Assembly (NCBI GenBank): GCA_001775995.1
Contig: MEZH01000004.1
Span: 44,456 to 108,455, forward strand
Length of the DNA: 64,000 nt
Source of the DNA: Candidatus Bathyarchaeota archaeon RBG_16_48_13
GTDB lineage: Archaea > Thermoproteota > Bathyarchaeia > RBG-16-48-13
Direction of reading: 5' to 3'
Below, piece by piece: positions 1 through 9,315 of the stretch. The position numbers and the translations under genes are program-made. How positions within the stretch are numbered: the first letter of the stretch is position 1; the number at the start of each line of letters is the position of its first letter. The notes under the pieces were generated by a model, which was not told the DNA's origin, made no database searches, and saw only the letters and a program-made list of their open reading frames with translations.

Positions 1-244
1 CTATCGCAACTCCTGAGAGCGTACGAACTGGCTTCCTTTTTAACAAGGGAAGCAGTTTCCTGCGAACATCTCCAGACGTCAAAGAGAGTAAATCCACATT
101 AGCAATGACTTTGCTCAAGCCGTGCTCTTTGGACATAGCGATCTTTACCGAATCAAGTTCACTTGAGGTCACTTTGTGATCCAGAAGGTAAGCGACCAGA
201 TCTGAGCAGGCCTTTCTGTATTTGCCGTCTCTGATTGAGCTCAA
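1..244 (-). CDS. elp3: tRNA uridine(34) acetyltransferase Elp3, N-terminal part (runs off the left edge)
   Basis: Manual translation from TTG at 244 gives MSSIRDGKYRKAC...LLPLLKRKPVRTLSGVAI; KPVRT-SGVA is the conserved N-terminal motif of archaeal Elp3. Absent from the ORF track because it is truncated. Confidence 0.75.
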   Translation of the reverse strand, partial: MSSIRDGKYRKACSDLVAYLLDHKVTSSELDSVKIAMSKEHGLSKVIANVDLLSLTSGDVRRKLLPLLKRKPVRTLSGVAI

Positions 245-381
245 TTCTCTACCGAAACCTTACCGTCTTGAAAAACCAGAACTCATGGATTAACATATCT
301 ATTCAAAGGAAATGATTGTCTTCTTATGCCAATAGAGAGTTATATTTCAGACCGTCACAGTTTGTATCTAATGATTGAGGG

Positions 382-1716
382 ATGAGATTGGGGAAAGAGA
401 TGCTTGAAGGTTATCACGGCAGATCTCTTAGTGTACTTCTGGCTTCGGGAGCCGTCATAGGAGACATCATAAAGATAACAGACGGGAAGAGAAGCCATGA
501 AGGAACATTGATGCCCAAAATCGAGTCCGGGGACGATCAACATATCATTATCAAGCTCAGCAACGGTTACAACGTTGGTGTTAAGTTAGCTCAGGATTAC
601 ATTGTTGAAAAGATAGGTGTAGGAGAGAAACCTAAACTAGCCTCACCAGTATCGAGGGAGATACGAGGCGGCCTCCCAAGCGTGACTGTTATCAGTACCG
701 GAGGGACAATAGCGAGCCGTGTCGAATATCGAACCGGCTCAGTCCACCCAGCACTTTCAGCAGACGACCTCTTGAGTGTCGTTCCCGAGCTCTCCAATAC
801 TGCCACAATCGAGACAGAGATCTTGTTCAGCATATTCAGCGAAAACGTCACCCCAAGTCATTGGAAAGAAATGGCTCAGGCATGCGACCGTCATATCAAG
901 AAGGGAACAGATGGAATCGTGTTATGCCACGGAACCGATACCATGGGGTATTCCGCGGCGGCCTTAAGTTTCGCCCTACAAAACTTACCTGTCCCGATAG
1001 TATTGGTTGGAGCTCAGCGTTCCTCTGACAGACCAAGCTCTGATGCCGCTTCGAACCTCATAGGTGCAATCAAAGCCGCAACTGATCTCAACGTAGCAGA
1101 GGTATTGATAGCCATGCATGAATCGACCTCAGACGGCGCCATAGTGCTTCATAGGGGTACGAAGGTCAGGAAATGTCATACTAGCAGAAGAGATGCATTC
1201 AAACCGATCAATTCTGGACCCATTGCCAGAGTAGTTGAGGGTAAAATGGAGGTCCTAGCAGGCAATCTTGTTCCCCGAGATACAAAAAGAGAAGTCGTCA
1301 CGCGACCAGTCTTCGAAGAGAGAGTTGCTCTCTTGAAGTATTACCCAGGCCTCAAGGCTGAGTTGATCGATTGGTTTTCTCAGCAAGATTACAGAGGGAT
1401 AGTCTTTGAAGGAACCGGGCTAGGTCATGTGAACGCCAATCTCGTCCCAAGCATCAAGAAAGCAATTAACAAGGGCATGCTTGTTTGCATGACGTCGCAA
1501 TGCATCTGGGGAAGAGTCAGCATGAATGTATATGACACTGGAAGAGATCTCCAAGCGGCCGGCGTGACACCCCTTGGGGACATCCTACCTGAGACAGCCT
1601 TGGTCAAAATGATGTGGGTTCTAGGTCAAACAAGTGATAAGAATGAAGCCGAAGAATTGCTGAAGAGGAACTTGGTTGGAGAATTCTCCGACAGGACTCT
1701 TTACATGGAGGCCTAG
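382..1716 (+). CDS. gatD: Glu-tRNA(Gln) amidotransferase subunit D
   Basis: Asparaginase-like motifs STGGTIASRVEYRTG, HGTDTM, GAQRSSDRPSSD; N-terminal GatD domain; directly upstream of gatE. Confidence 0.96.
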   Translation: MRLGKEMLEGYHGRSLSVLLASGAVIGDIIKITDGKRSHEGTLMPKIESGDDQHIIIKLSNGYNVGVKLAQDYIVEKIGVGEKPKLASPVSREIRGGLPSVTVISTGGTIASRVEYRTGSVHPALSADDLLSVVPELSNTATIETEILFSIFSENVTPSHWKEMAQACDRHIKKGTDGIVLCHGTDTMGYSAAALSFALQNLPVPIVLVGAQRSSDRPSSDAASNLIGAIKAATDLNVAEVLIAMHESTSDGAIVLHRGTKVRKCHTSRRDAFKPINSGPIARVVEGKMEVLAGNLVPRDTKREVVTRPVFEERVALLKYYPGLKAELIDWFSQQDYRGIVFEGTGLGHVNANLVPSIKKAINKGMLVCMTSQCIWGRVSMNVYDTGRDLQAAGVTPLGDILPETALVKMMWVLGQTSDKNEAEELLKRNLVGEFSDRTLYMEA

Positions 1717-1718
1717 GA

Positions 1719-3617
1719 ATGGTCAAAAGCGAGGATTATATTGGCATGGGCCTGAAGGTCGGACTGGAAGTCCACCAACAGCTCAGAACGAAACACAAAC
1801 TCTTCTGCGGCTGCCCCCCAGACTTAACAACGACAGAATCACTTTTCAATTTTTACAGGAAGCTCCGTCCAGCGCAGAGCGAATTGGGGCAATTCGACTC
1901 CGCCTCCTTCTTTGAGTTCAAGAAAGGGAGAGGTTACATTTATGACGCCGACCCGAGGTCCAGTTGTTTGGTGGAAATGGATGAAGAGCCACCGCACACC
2001 TTGAACGGCGAGGCTGTGGACACCTGTGTGACTGTTGCACTTTTGCTGGGGGCGGATGTTTTCGACGAGATTCACGTCATGAGAAAGATAGTTACTGATG
2101 GATCCAATACTTCTGGCTTCCAGAGGACAAGCATCATATCGCTGGGAGGAAAACTGGAGGCAGATGGGAGGGAATACACCCTGCAGACAATATGCCTCGA
2201 GGAGGACGCGGCCCGACTCATAGAAACAACTTCAACCACCACCCACTATAATCTGGACAGGTTGGGAGTACCACTCATAGAGATTGCAACAGAGCCGGTC
2301 ATACATTCTCCTGAAGAGGCGGAGAAGGTTGCATTGGCTCTGGGGCGATTGATCAGGGCAACGGGGAAAGCTAGGAGGGGACTTGGGACAATTAGACAAG
2401 ATGTAAATGTCTCGATAAGAAATGGCGCATTAATAGAAATCAAGGGTGTTCAAGAACTGGATCTGATCCCCAAAGTGGTCGAATATGAGGCTCTGAGACA
2501 ACTCACGCTCTTGGAGATACAAGGTGAGATGACCAGAAGATCCACGAAAGAAATCGTAGCGAAAAAATACGTCGACGTGTCTAGAATCTTCCAAGCAACA
2601 CAATGCAAGGTCCTGAAGAGCTGTCTGGAGAGAAAAGGAAAAATCCTAGCTTTGAAACTCCCGGGATTTGCGGGACTGCTTGGAAGGGAGCTAGAGCCAG
2701 GGGTTCGACTCGGAACTGAAATGGCGGATCGGGCAAAATTCTGGGGCAAGGTGGGTGGAATATTCCATACCGACGAGTTGCCTGCCTATGGCATATCCTC
2801 AGAAGAAGTGAGAAGAGTCAAAGATGAAATGGTCGCTACTGATCTCGATGCTATTATTCTGGTCGGTGACGATGTGCCAAGCGCTCGAGATGCCCTAGAC
2901 GCAGTATTTGAGAGAGCGTTAGAGGCTCTCAGAGGAGTCCCTGAAGAAACCCGTCGGGCTATGCCAGATGGCACTACAAGATATATGCGACCGCGGCCTG
3001 GCGCCGCCAGGATGTACCCGGAAACTGACATACCGATAGTCACTTTAGGAGCAGAGAAGGTCCGCACCTTGAGGGGTAATCTCCCAGAGCTACCTGAAAA
3101 GAAACTGCAACGCTTGATGAAACAATATGGACTGAATGAGAAACTCGTGAGACAACTTGTCAACTCCGATTATGTCGAAACCTTCGAGATCGTCTCCGCG
3201 ACAACGAAGGTCTCTCCCTCTGTCATAGCGGCGAACCTCACCGAAACCCTCAAGAGCCTCAAGCGAGAAGGCTACGAAGTCGAGAAAATAGATGATGATC
3301 AAATAGCGGAAGCTTTCCAGTTGGCAGACAGAGGGTTGTTGACGAAAGAGGCTCTCCCGGAAGTCTTCATGTGGCTTGCGGCAAATATGGGTAATGCGAG
3401 AGATGCTATTCAAGCCTTAGGTCTCGGGATCCTCTCCGAAACCGACTTGGAAGAGATCATAGAACATGTGCTGGAAAAGAACGTCAACCTCACAAAGAGG
3501 GAGGGAGAAGCAGCATTGAGGCCGCTGCTCGGGCTAGTGATGAAGGAAGTCAGGGGTAAAGCAGAAGCGAGTCACGTGACCGAATTATTAAAGGAGAAGT
3601 TATCGAAAAGAACGTAG
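1719..3617 (+). CDS. gatE: Glu-tRNA(Gln) amidotransferase subunit E
   Basis: GLKVGLEVHQQL, SNTSGFQRT, CLEEDAAR, RGLGTIRQDVNVSI, RPRPGAARMYPETD motifs. Confidence 0.96.
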   Translation: MVKSEDYIGMGLKVGLEVHQQLRTKHKLFCGCPPDLTTTESLFNFYRKLRPAQSELGQFDSASFFEFKKGRGYIYDADPRSSCLVEMDEEPPHTLNGEAVDTCVTVALLLGADVFDEIHVMRKIVTDGSNTSGFQRTSIISLGGKLEADGREYTLQTICLEEDAARLIETTSTTTHYNLDRLGVPLIEIATEPVIHSPEEAEKVALALGRLIRATGKARRGLGTIRQDVNVSIRNGALIEIKGVQELDLIPKVVEYEALRQLTLLEIQGEMTRRSTKEIVAKKYVDVSRIFQATQCKVLKSCLERKGKILALKLPGFAGLLGRELEPGVRLGTEMADRAKFWGKVGGIFHTDELPAYGISSEEVRRVKDEMVATDLDAIILVGDDVPSARDALDAVFERALEALRGVPEETRRAMPDGTTRYMRPRPGAARMYPETDIPIVTLGAEKVRTLRGNLPELPEKKLQRLMKQYGLNEKLVRQLVNSDYVETFEIVSATTKVSPSVIAANLTETLKSLKREGYEVEKIDDDQIAEAFQLADRGLLTKEALPEVFMWLAANMGNARDAIQALGLGILSETDLEEIIEHVLEKNVNLTKREGEAALRPLLGLVMKEVRGKAEASHVTELLKEKLSKRT

Positions 3618-3640
3618 AAACCAGTATATGGGTTGATAAC

Positions 3641-5467
3641 TTGTGCGGCATCTTTGGTTGTATTCTGGACGGCGGCGATAGGGCAGCGCCCATCATTCAC
3701 TCTGCTCTGAACCAGCTTGAATACAGGGGATACGACTCGGTCGGGGAGGCCACCATACACAGTGGGCATCTTTACGTCAAGAAAGACGTTGGGAAGATCA
3801 GTGAGGTCCACTCTAGCGTAAACTTGGATGATATGCCAGGAAGCGTAGGCATAGGTCACACCCGCTGGGCTACACACGGAGCGCCCACGCAGAAGAATGC
3901 ACACCCTCACACTGATTGCCAAGAAAAGATTGCGCTAGTCCACAACGGAATTATTCAGAACTTCGCCGAGCTGAGGAAAGAACTGGAGGGTCGGGGTCAC
4001 CTTTTCAAGTCCAATACTGACACGGAAGTCATGCCCCACTTGATAGAAGATTATTTCAAGGAAGGGCTAAGCTTCTCAGAATCCGTACGGAGAGCTCTGC
4101 TCAGGGTCAAAGGCTCCTATGCTATTGCTGCCATAAGTGTTGATGACCCAAATACCATAATATGCGCCAGGAAAGAGAGCCCACTAGTGATTGGAGTCGG
4201 GAAATCGGCTAATTATTTGGCTTCTGATATACCCGCTTTTCTTCCCATGACCAAGATGGTTCTGTTTTTGGAAGAAGAAGAGATGGCTGTGCTCAAGAGA
4301 GATGAAGTCACAATCTTCAATATCGGCTCGGGGGACCAAACAAAGCGAGATCCCATGCGAATTGAATGGACTGTGGAGATGGCCCAAAAAGGAGGAAAAC
4401 CGCATTTCATGTTGAAAGAGATCGCGGAGCAACCCCTAGCCCTCCAAAATGCCTTGAGAGGAGAACTCATATATTATAACCTCATGGCGACTATATTGGC
4501 GAAGGCTCGAAATATAATTCTCTTAGCATGTGGTACATCTTCCCATGCATGTATAGTAGCCACTTACTTGTTCTCCAAACTTGCCCATGTCAATTCATCT
4601 GTCTCTATCGCATCCGAATTTATGGAACAGTTTGGGAACAGCGTCGACGAGGGAACAGTTGTACTGGCTGTGAGCCAATCAGGAGAAACCGCTGACACGC
4701 TGAGTGCTATCAGATCAGCCAAAGACAAAGGAGCAACGATCCTGGGGATAACCAATGTCATGGGATCCTCCTTAACGAGACTGGCGAGCGTTTATATCGG
4801 GCAGAATTCAGGCCCCGAGATCGCGGTGGCCGCGACAAAGACATTCACTTCACAAGTCCTAATACTCTCAAAACTGGCGATAGCCCTAGCAGAGAAGAGG
4901 GGAACTATAAGAAGTGATGAAATTGATTCTCTTATGACTGACCTCGGAAGGATACCCTGGTACGTAAAGAAGGAACTTGAGAGCAATGATGAAAAGATCA
5001 AGAGGCTGGCAGCCAAATATCGAGATCGGTTCAGTTTCTGCTTCCTGGGAAGGGGGTTGAATGTCGCCACAGCTTTGGAGGGAAGATTGAAACTCCTGGA
5101 ACTAGCTTACACGCCAAGTCTGGCTTACTCTGCTGGAGAAAGTAAACATGGATTCATTGCCCTGGTGAATGAAAACTATCCAGTCATATTCATCGCCCCC
5201 AATGACGACTTGAAATCCAGACTTATTGGAAACATAATGGAAATGAAGGCTAGGGGAGCCGATATCATAGCGATAACGGAGGAAAAAGACAAAGAGCTGC
5301 AGACATTGGCAGACGATTGGATTGAGGTGCCAAAGGGGATCAACCCTCTGTTCACGCCGATAGTGTATGCAATCCCGTTGCAGCTGTTCGCATATCACGT
5401 CTCAGTGATGAGAGGTCACGATCCGGACAGACCTAGGAATCTGGCCAAAAGTGTAACCGTTGAGTAG
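3641..5467 (+). CDS. glmS: Glutamine--fructose-6-phosphate transaminase (isomerizing)
   Basis: N-terminal MCGIFG with catalytic Cys, GHTRWATHG, HNGII, SQSGETADT, C-terminal PRNLAKSVTVE; TTG start. Confidence 0.97.
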   Translation: MCGIFGCILDGGDRAAPIIHSALNQLEYRGYDSVGEATIHSGHLYVKKDVGKISEVHSSVNLDDMPGSVGIGHTRWATHGAPTQKNAHPHTDCQEKIALVHNGIIQNFAELRKELEGRGHLFKSNTDTEVMPHLIEDYFKEGLSFSESVRRALLRVKGSYAIAAISVDDPNTIICARKESPLVIGVGKSANYLASDIPAFLPMTKMVLFLEEEEMAVLKRDEVTIFNIGSGDQTKRDPMRIEWTVEMAQKGGKPHFMLKEIAEQPLALQNALRGELIYYNLMATILAKARNIILLACGTSSHACIVATYLFSKLAHVNSSVSIASEFMEQFGNSVDEGTVVLAVSQSGETADTLSAIRSAKDKGATILGITNVMGSSLTRLASVYIGQNSGPEIAVAATKTFTSQVLILSKLAIALAEKRGTIRSDEIDSLMTDLGRIPWYVKKELESNDEKIKRLAAKYRDRFSFCFLGRGLNVATALEGRLKLLELAYTPSLAYSAGESKHGFIALVNENYPVIFIAPNDDLKSRLIGNIMEMKARGADIIAITEEKDKELQTLADDWIEVPKGINPLFTPIVYAIPLQLFAYHVSVMRGHDPDRPRNLAKSVTVE

Positions 5468-5507
5468 AAGATTCCACTTCTTCGCTTTGACTTCAGGTAG
5501 AACTCAT

Positions 5508-5873
5508 ATGAGAGAGAAAGAGATCGGAGAGTCGCTTGGGTCGGCAGCTGGTTTCGTCGAAAATGCGATGGAAGATCTAAAGGAAGGAAGACCAGAAGAG
5601 CTTGATCTCAATATTTGGAAAGCTCTTGAATCCATTGAGTATGCAGCTTTCCTTCTTTCCCTCGAAGATATTCTCTCTCCAGAAAAGAGAACTCGACATA
5701 AGGGAGAGAAAGGGCAGGAAGACGCAGTGTCGCTGACGAATACGTTAGACCTCTTGAGAGAGGGAGTCAAGATTGCTGACCTTGGCTCGGAATCGCGAAG
5801 CCTGTCGAAATGCGTGTGGAATGCTCGGAGAATTCTACTTCGAGTCCAAAGGAATCGCTTAGGCAGATCATAG
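5508..5873 (+). CDS. Hypothetical helical protein (~121 aa)
   Basis: ORF 5460..5873; ATG at 5508 avoids overlap with glmS; charged amphipathic sequence with no recognised motif. Confidence 0.55.
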   Translation: MREKEIGESLGSAAGFVENAMEDLKEGRPEELDLNIWKALESIEYAAFLLSLEDILSPEKRTRHKGEKGQEDAVSLTNTLDLLREGVKIADLGSESRSLSKCVWNARRILLRVQRNRLGRS

Positions 5874-5879
5874 CAGGCC

Positions 5880-6482
5880 TCATTTCATTTGTTTTCGAAG
5901 ATTTCTTGTCAAGTAGCCTGAGAAGCTCTTGTTCCTTCTCAAGACATAACATATTACTGATAATATGACCAACTCTCCCCAAGCCTTGACTTCCACACTG
6001 ATCAGAAACGGAAGAGAGAACCATCCGAAGAAGAGCGGGACGAGTGTCATGAAGAATATCGCCGTGTACAAAGACTCCGGAATATAACTGAGGAGCACGG
6101 TCGGAACTACCCTAAGGAAACTGCGGTCAGATCTGAGGACGCTGAAGGCGTTGGAAAGCCAACCTGCCGTCAATCCCGTCAGGGCTTTTCCAATTGGGAT
6201 CCCGATCAAGCTCAACAGCCCAAGGTTTCCTCCGATGAAACCGAAATAGATTCCTGCGAAGACCCCGCCTAGGGCACCCGTGGCGAAACCGGTTAGTGGG
6301 CCGCCGTAGATGGCCGCAATCAGGGTTGCCAAGTGGGACAAGTCAAGGCCTATTGGACCGACATTTGCCAGAAATAGTGATAACGCAGAAAGTATGTTGC
6401 CTAGGGCGCTCATCATGCAGATTAGCGCAATCTGTTTTGTTTTGTGTGGGGAGCTATTCAAGCGTTGGCCACGACCAGACAT
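5880..6482 (-). CDS. ECF transporter S-component-like membrane protein
   Basis: About 200 aa with ~6 hydrophobic segments and the pattern DLSHLATLIAAIYGGPLTGFATGALGG typical of S components. Confidence 0.65.
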   Translation of the reverse strand: MSGRGQRLNSSPHKTKQIALICMMSALGNILSALSLFLANVGPIGLDLSHLATLIAAIYGGPLTGFATGALGGVFAGIYFGFIGGNLGLLSLIGIPIGKALTGLTAGWLSNAFSVLRSDRSFLRVVPTVLLSYIPESLYTAIFFMTLVPLFFGWFSLPFLISVEVKAWGELVILSVICYVLRRNKSFSGYLTRNLRKQMK

Positions 6483-6503
6483 GGTAGAATGGGGATCTAA
6501 AAC

Positions 6504-6511
6504 TTATAAAA
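6504..6511 (-). promoter_or_regulatory. TATA box (TTTTATAA) for a probably leaderless ECF-S transcript
   Basis: Minus strand AACGC-TTTTATAA ends 22 nt upstream of the ATG at 6482. Confidence 0.55.
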
Positions 6512-6548
6512 GCGTTCTTACCCAATAATAGGTAATTGATCGTTGAAA

Positions 6549-6821
6549 CTAAGCGGCTTTCAGTAAGGCTTCAACAAAATCCTCAGGGGTAACCCCTGGG
6601 CTGAATATCCCCATCTCTTTGTAGAAGTCATTGACCTTCGCCAATAATTCTTCCCTGATCAGTTTCATTCCAACGAGTTCCTTTTCTAAAAACCATAAGC
6701 TATCTTCTGGATAAAGGAAGAAATCACCTGAAATGACGGCTTTCTGGATTATGCCACCTTCCTCGTCAACACTGACCTTTATTAACCCTTTTCGCGCTTT
6801 GTGTTGCCCCTCGGTTCTCAT
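6549..6821 (-). CDS. Stand-alone lipoate-protein ligase A C-terminal domain (LplB-like)
   Basis: HKARKGLIKVSV..GIIQKAVISGDFFLYPEDSL..LE..LVG matches the LplA C-terminal domain; ATGA overlap with the DUF47 stop. Confidence 0.7.
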   Translation of the reverse strand: MRTEGQHKARKGLIKVSVDEEGGIIQKAVISGDFFLYPEDSLWFLEKELVGMKLIREELLAKVNDFYKEMGIFSPGVTPEDFVEALLKAA

Positions 6822-7507
6822 GGAGTCTCACTTGCCTGCCTCACAGCTATGACACGGACTTCATCGGCTGTATTCTCGCACCAGTCAGCTACGTTCTCAA
6901 GAGAATCCAAGAATTCTGAGAGCAAGATGACGGCTCCTATCTTCAAGTCTCCTTCGTCGATCTTCGCAAGGAGCCTTCTAGCCTCTTCGTATTGCTCATC
7001 CACTTTCTCTTCTATCCTCTCAACTTGGTCGCCCAGATCCAAGACCTCTTTAGAGCTCTTTCCCAGTCGATTTATGCTGTCTGCAAGCACTGAAACGCAG
7101 CTGCGAATCGCGGTGGCCATTTCCATGGAGATCTCTTTGAGTCCCTTTGGAACTTTGCTGAATTCTGGGAGCAAGATCGCCAGAAGGCGGGCAGCGTCTT
7201 TTGACCAATCGGCTATCCAATCTATCGTCCTCACGAGGCGCATCAAATCCTCCCTATCTGAAGATGGCAATTCTCCCTTTGCCAGTTCATCCGCTATCTT
7301 TCTCCTTAGGAAGTCAGCCTCCTTTTCCATCTGCGAGACTCTCTTTATGCTAGCCTCTGCCTCTTGATAATCTCCTTTGTCGGAAGAGTTGATGGCTTTA
7401 GATAGTTCATCCGCGCAACTGAGGGTCAAGGCGAGATGATCGCGCATTGACTTCAGGGCTTGCGATTCTCTTCTTTTGGTTAACCATCCTAGGAGTGCAT
7501 CGCTCAT
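6818..7507 (-). CDS. DUF47 / PhoU-like phosphate transport regulator
   Basis: Two helical repeats with EKEADFLRRKI, DREDLMRLVRTIDWIAD, EEKVD, LENVADWCENTAD; start moved to ATG 7507. Confidence 0.85.
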   Translation of the reverse strand: MSDALLGWLTKRRESQALKSMRDHLALTLSCADELSKAINSSDKGDYQEAEASIKRVSQMEKEADFLRRKIADELAKGELPSSDREDLMRLVRTIDWIADWSKDAARLLAILLPEFSKVPKGLKEISMEMATAIRSCVSVLADSINRLGKSSKEVLDLGDQVERIEEKVDEQYEEARRLLAKIDEGDLKIGAVILLSEFLDSLENVADWCENTADEVRVIAVRQASETP

Positions 7508-7611
7508 GAGGATCCTCAGACAATACATTAGCACGCAAACATATATTAATCTAGTAGAGAGTTTTCGACAAGACATTTATGTTAATAGGTTATCATGCCT
7601 CTGATTGACAA

Positions 7612-9309
7612 GTGACGGTAGAGAGATTGCCAGGAACGAACAATGCATTCAGAAGATTCCTGACTTCGAGGTGGTTCCGACGCTTCTGGTACTCTATGAT
7701 AATACTCTTTTTTCTACTCTTCGTCTTGATACCAAGCACCTTCGTCTTATCTCATCTCATCTCTGGCTGGGACAAGATCAGCGCTGAAGTGTTAGGAGAT
7801 GGCCAAATGATTAGCACAATCTCGAATGGAATCATGACCTCCTTTAAGCTGGCCGGTGCGGTCACAATCATTGATTTCATAGCGGGCCTTCCTATGGCTT
7901 GGCTCCTAAACAGAGGTCACTTCAAGGGGAGGAGATATCTAGATACGCTCATCGATCTACCTCTGGTTGTCCCTACGTCAGCCTTGGGTTTCTCTGTTGC
8001 GTTGTTCTGGGCAACCCCCGGGGGATTCGCATTCTTCTTTAATTCCCCAACAGGAGCTATCACATCCAGTTTCATCCTTCTTATGTTGGTTCACGTGGCC
8101 TTCTCTTATCCTTACATGGTGAGAACTCTCAGCGCATCTCTGGAAGAGATTGATATAACTTACGAAATAGCTGGAAGAACGTTAGGAGCATCTCCTTTAA
8201 CCGCCATTCGAACCATTACACTGCCTCTATTCCGAGGGGGAATAGTCTCTGGAACCATCTTGTCTTTTGGGAGGAGCATAAGTGAGACAGGTGCTACGGT
8301 GTTGGCACTGTCTATTGTCGGAGCGTCGCAAGCCGATGGAACCGCTCCCGTTTTGATCGCAGGTTGGCGGAAGCTCATAAATGAGGGGGGTTCAATGGCC
8401 GAGAAATACATAACGGCAAGCGCGTTCACAAGCGTATTGCTCATTATTCTTGCGCTGGTCCTATTGACGCTTGTCATGATAATCATAAAGAAGTTTAAAC
8501 TTCCCATCAAGAAAGTATGGCCAGCCCAAGAAAAAATGTTAAGCGGAAGAATCTTCAAGTATCTGAGAGATGCTTCGTCCAACATCTTTCTCATACTCGC
8601 GGTCTTGATCCCAGCATTCTTCATCTTCATCTTCTTCTTCAGGGGATTAGCCCAAGGCAATAGCCTGGCGGGGATTGATCTAGCAGGCTTTCTAAATAGT
8701 CTCTTCGCATCCTTTCTTATCGCTAGCATTGTGACTGTGGTGAATATGGGGTTAGGTATTCCAATGGCAATCTTGATCGCGCGCAAGAAAGCTGGAACAG
8801 TCACACAACCCCTAGACGTCCTCATCAACATCCCAATGATCATACCCTCAACAGCTCTGGGATTCTCTCTAGGACTGTTTTGGTCAGGTATTGGAGGAGG
8901 CTTATCATCGCTCGCGAACGCGGATTTCTTGCTGATAGTCCTTGCTCACATCGCCTTCACTTACCCGTTCATCGTTAGGACCGTCTCCAGCGCAATATCA
9001 GACATAGACATTTCTTTCGAGGAAGCTGCCAGGACTCTTGGTGCGAATCCCTTGCAAGTTTTCCGTAAAATAATATTTCCCCTAGCCAAACCCTCGATAA
9101 TGGCTGGAGCCATCATGATGTTCGCTCGCAGCCTCGGCGAGACAGGGGCAACATTGGCAGTCGCTTCGACAGCCGTAACCACCCCGGTCTATATTGTCAA
9201 ACTAGTAAACGAAAATGCCCTCTTCGAAGCAGCCTTGGCTTGTATAATACTGATCGGGATTTCCTACATAATACTCATGGGTCTTCGGCGCCTCTCATCC
9301 GGGAAGTGA
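7612..9309 (+). CDS. ABC transporter permease with two fused TMDs (FbpB/ModB/CysTW-like)
   Basis: Internally duplicated membrane protein with two EAA loops (YEIAGRTLGAS; FEEAARTLGAN) and two PLVVPT/PMIIPS motifs. Confidence 0.88.
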   Translation: MTVERLPGTNNAFRRFLTSRWFRRFWYSMIILFFLLFVLIPSTFVLSHLISGWDKISAEVLGDGQMISTISNGIMTSFKLAGAVTIIDFIAGLPMAWLLNRGHFKGRRYLDTLIDLPLVVPTSALGFSVALFWATPGGFAFFFNSPTGAITSSFILLMLVHVAFSYPYMVRTLSASLEEIDITYEIAGRTLGASPLTAIRTITLPLFRGGIVSGTILSFGRSISETGATVLALSIVGASQADGTAPVLIAGWRKLINEGGSMAEKYITASAFTSVLLIILALVLLTLVMIIIKKFKLPIKKVWPAQEKMLSGRIFKYLRDASSNIFLILAVLIPAFFIFIFFFRGLAQGNSLAGIDLAGFLNSLFASFLIASIVTVVNMGLGIPMAILIARKKAGTVTQPLDVLINIPMIIPSTALGFSLGLFWSGIGGGLSSLANADFLLIVLAHIAFTYPFIVRTVSSAISDIDISFEEAARTLGANPLQVFRKIIFPLAKPSIMAGAIMMFARSLGETGATLAVASTAVTTPVYIVKLVNENALFEAALACIILIGISYIILMGLRRLSSGK

Positions 9310-9315
9310 TGAAGA

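Noticed and set aside
8160-8843. Long antisense ORFs (e.g. 8160..8843, 41878..42363, 60900..61514, 9888..10364)
   Set aside because: They lie wholly opposite well-supported genes and show no motifs; typical shadow ORFs.
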